Below are positions 61,696-64,000 of a DNA stretch of 64,000 nucleotides, piece after piece. The first letter of the stretch is position 1; every line of letters begins with the position of its first letter. The DNA comes from Eledone cirrhosa (Eukaryota). Location: the NCBI GenBank assembly GCA_964016885.1, contig OZ024757.1, positions 27,218,001 through 27,282,000 on the forward strand, given 5' to 3'. Both the position numbers and the translations under genes were made by a program. The notes beneath the pieces were generated by a model. That model saw nothing but the letters and a program-made list of their open reading frames with translations, ran no database searches and was not told where the DNA came from.

Positions 61696-61965
61696 CAGGC
61701 ATAGGCAAACTTTTTCGAGAAGCGAGCTGCATGAGATATGGCTCATCATCAGGCGGGCCGCAAGCACTAATTTACATTTGTGTCCACATTAAAAGAAAGG
61801 GTGGTAACTCAGATTGTTTTGATTTGTTTCTTCAGAATTCGTAAAAATGATAGAAAGATATATTACGACTGAAAAGTTGGGGTAAAAAAAATCAGAAAGA
61901 TTTCACTTGGGTGACTGAGGCGAACCATTCAGAAAGCTTGGCGGGCCGCAGGTTGCCCATGACTG
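61696..61965. mobile_element. hAT-superfamily MITE with perfect 8-bp TSD
   Basis: TIRs CAGGCATAGGCAA / TTGCCCATGACTG; TSD ATTTAGAC at 61688-61695 and 61966-61973. Confidence 0.85.
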
Positions 61966-62309
61966 ATTTAGACTAATGTATCTTTTTATGCAGTGAGTTA
62001 TAAATTTTGTCATTTTTCAAGATGTAGGGTATGATTGAGGGCAGAGACGTTCCACAGGTAAAAACAAGACTGGGCAGCAACACCAAGCTAAAAGGTTTGA
62101 CTAGATGGTGCTGTTATTTAAATTTAGTTGATAAAAAAAAAAAATGGGAATGAATAAATAAAAGAACATAAAATATCGTTTTTTCATCCAATCCTCCAAT
62201 CATCACTATCACCATCATTGTCATCATCTGTCTATACTAATAGCAAATGTGCAATCACCCACTCTCTCTCTCACACATGCACATTTATAGACACACGCAC
62301 ACCGGCATA

Positions 62310-62560
62310 TACACACATATAGAGCCAAATACACATACACACATATAGAGCCAAATACACATACACACATATAGAGCCAAATACACATACAGACATATAC
62401 AGCCAAATATATACACATACATACACATACTGACATATATAAATACACAGACATATACACACATATACAGCCAATATACACACATATACACACACACATA
62501 TATAGCCAAATATATACACACACACACACACACACATATATAGGCAAATATATATACACA
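62310..62560. repeat. About 26-bp minisatellite
   Basis: CACATATAGAGCCAAATACACATACA units. Confidence 0.85.
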
Positions 62561-63159
62561 GAAATACACACATAGACACAAACATACTTTCGCAGTAAAT
62601 TCAACCTCCTTTCTCTCTCAAGTGCTCCTCACATTACTACACATCATTAGACAGAGTGGTGGGGTTTCTTTTACTACTACCACCTCTATCCACACTCCAT
62701 TTGCTGTGACAGTCAGGGCAGGTTTCACCTGTCATCCAGTGGAAACTGAAATATGCCTTTTAAATAGCATGGTTGCAGGACAGATAAATATAGACTGTGT
62801 AGTAACAACAACAACAACAATAGGCTGCATGTAGTAACAAAAAAAAAAAAAACCAACAGCAACAACAACAGACTACATGTAGTAACAACAACAACAATAT
62901 AGATTGCATGTAGCAACAACAACAACAACATTGTGTGTGTGTAGTAGCAACAACATCAATACACATGAGCTTGGCTTCGGTTAATGGTGGTGGTGGTGGT
63001 GAAGATATTGATATTTTTTCATTCAGTAGCAAACAGGATAGACAGATACATGGGTGGATAGACATACAGACAGACAGACAGACAGGTTAGGTAGATGATA
63101 GATAGATAATATAGGTAGGTAGATAGAGAGGCAGACAGACATATAGATAGACAGATAGA

Positions 63160-64000
63160 TATGTTTCTTTATTAGCCACAGGGGCACAAATGAAGGGGAC
63201 AAATACAAAGGGGGAAGTTTACATACAATAAAAACGTGTAAAATGTTATCACAAATGCAATTTAAAAAATTAGTCGATTTTCCCCAATAGGGGGAGACAG
63301 TTCATATGGGTAACACATACCCCCGAAAAAATGTGCAACCCTCATCTCCAGGAGTACGAAGAGTTTGTACTCCTTTCTTCTCCTCCTCCTTTTCCTCAAC
63401 CTACAGGCGATAGACAGATTGATAGATAGACAGAGATAAACAGACAGACAGACATATAGATAGATAGATAGATAGATAATATAGGTAGGTAGGTAGATAG
63501 ACTGACAGACAGACAGACAAGTAAATAGAGAGATAGATAAATTTCTTTATTAGCCACAAGGGCACAAAAGAAGGGGACAAATACAAATGGGGAGTTTACA
63601 TACAGGTATATGAAAATAAAACTATTAATAAATTAACAAATAACAATTGAAATCCCCAATAGGAGGGAGGCGTTACACAGGGGTTGTACACACCCTGAAA
63701 AAATGTACAACCCTCATCTCCAGGAGCACCAAGAGTGAGTACTCCCTTCCTCTCTTCCTCTTTTTCCTCAACCTACAGGCTTATATAGAGAGAAGGCCCA
63801 ACCAGTCGGGCCATCTTTGCCACATTCACCCACCTTTTATAAAATTTGCTGGGGTACAGCACCTCTCTCTCCATCCTCATTCTTCTTCCAAAATGATATT
63901 TGAAAAAACGAATCAGTTGCTCGCCGGAGAGAAAGGTGTCTGATCTCAGCCCTTTTAACCTCGTCCACCATATAACCTCTTTCACCATAGCCATAACACA
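63160..64000 (-). mobile_element. L1/Tx1-like LINE 3' end with a duplicated 3' UTR in (GATA/GACA)n
   Basis: Minus ORF end ...KEVIWWTRLKG...RRMRMER...FYKRWVNVA (63773-64000). UTR ending GGCTAATAAAGAAA + (ATCT)n occurs twice (63540-63772 and 63160-63408). Confidence 0.6.

Noticed and set aside
681-63586. Numerous YI/HT/CV/poly-V/poly-H/poly-T ORFs in the track
   Set aside because: They are translations of (TA)n, (CA)n, (GGT)n and (GTA)n repeats that lack stops by composition.

Overview
AT-rich, microsatellite-saturated animal genomic DNA. The repeat repertoire (RTE LINEs with (GAT)n tails, tRNA-derived SINEs, TTAA MITEs) suggests an octopus/coleoid cephalopod, which is an inference. No complete host gene is recognisable; there is one candidate terminal exon at 60851-61000. 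Most ORFs in the track are microsatellite artefacts. Real coding content is retrotransposon-derived: five 5'-truncated RTE copies of two subfamilies whose RT is interrupted by a C4HC3 PHD finger, plus R4/NeSL-like, Expander-like and Tx1/L1-like fragments. The main hidden signal is a dispersed set of about 10 sequence-unrelated minimal type I hammerhead ribozyme motifs (CUGANGA-stem II-GAAA-palindromic stem III-NUH). Many sit in long fold-back inverted repeats inserted in (TA)n tracts, consistent with Penelope-like/retrozyme-like remnants. Also notable: an 8 x 112-bp array amplified from the RTE 3' UTR, a reiterated covarying hairpin/pseudoknot module shared by RTE 3' UTRs and a SINE, and a repeat-spacer-like array at about 38.7-39.3 kb.
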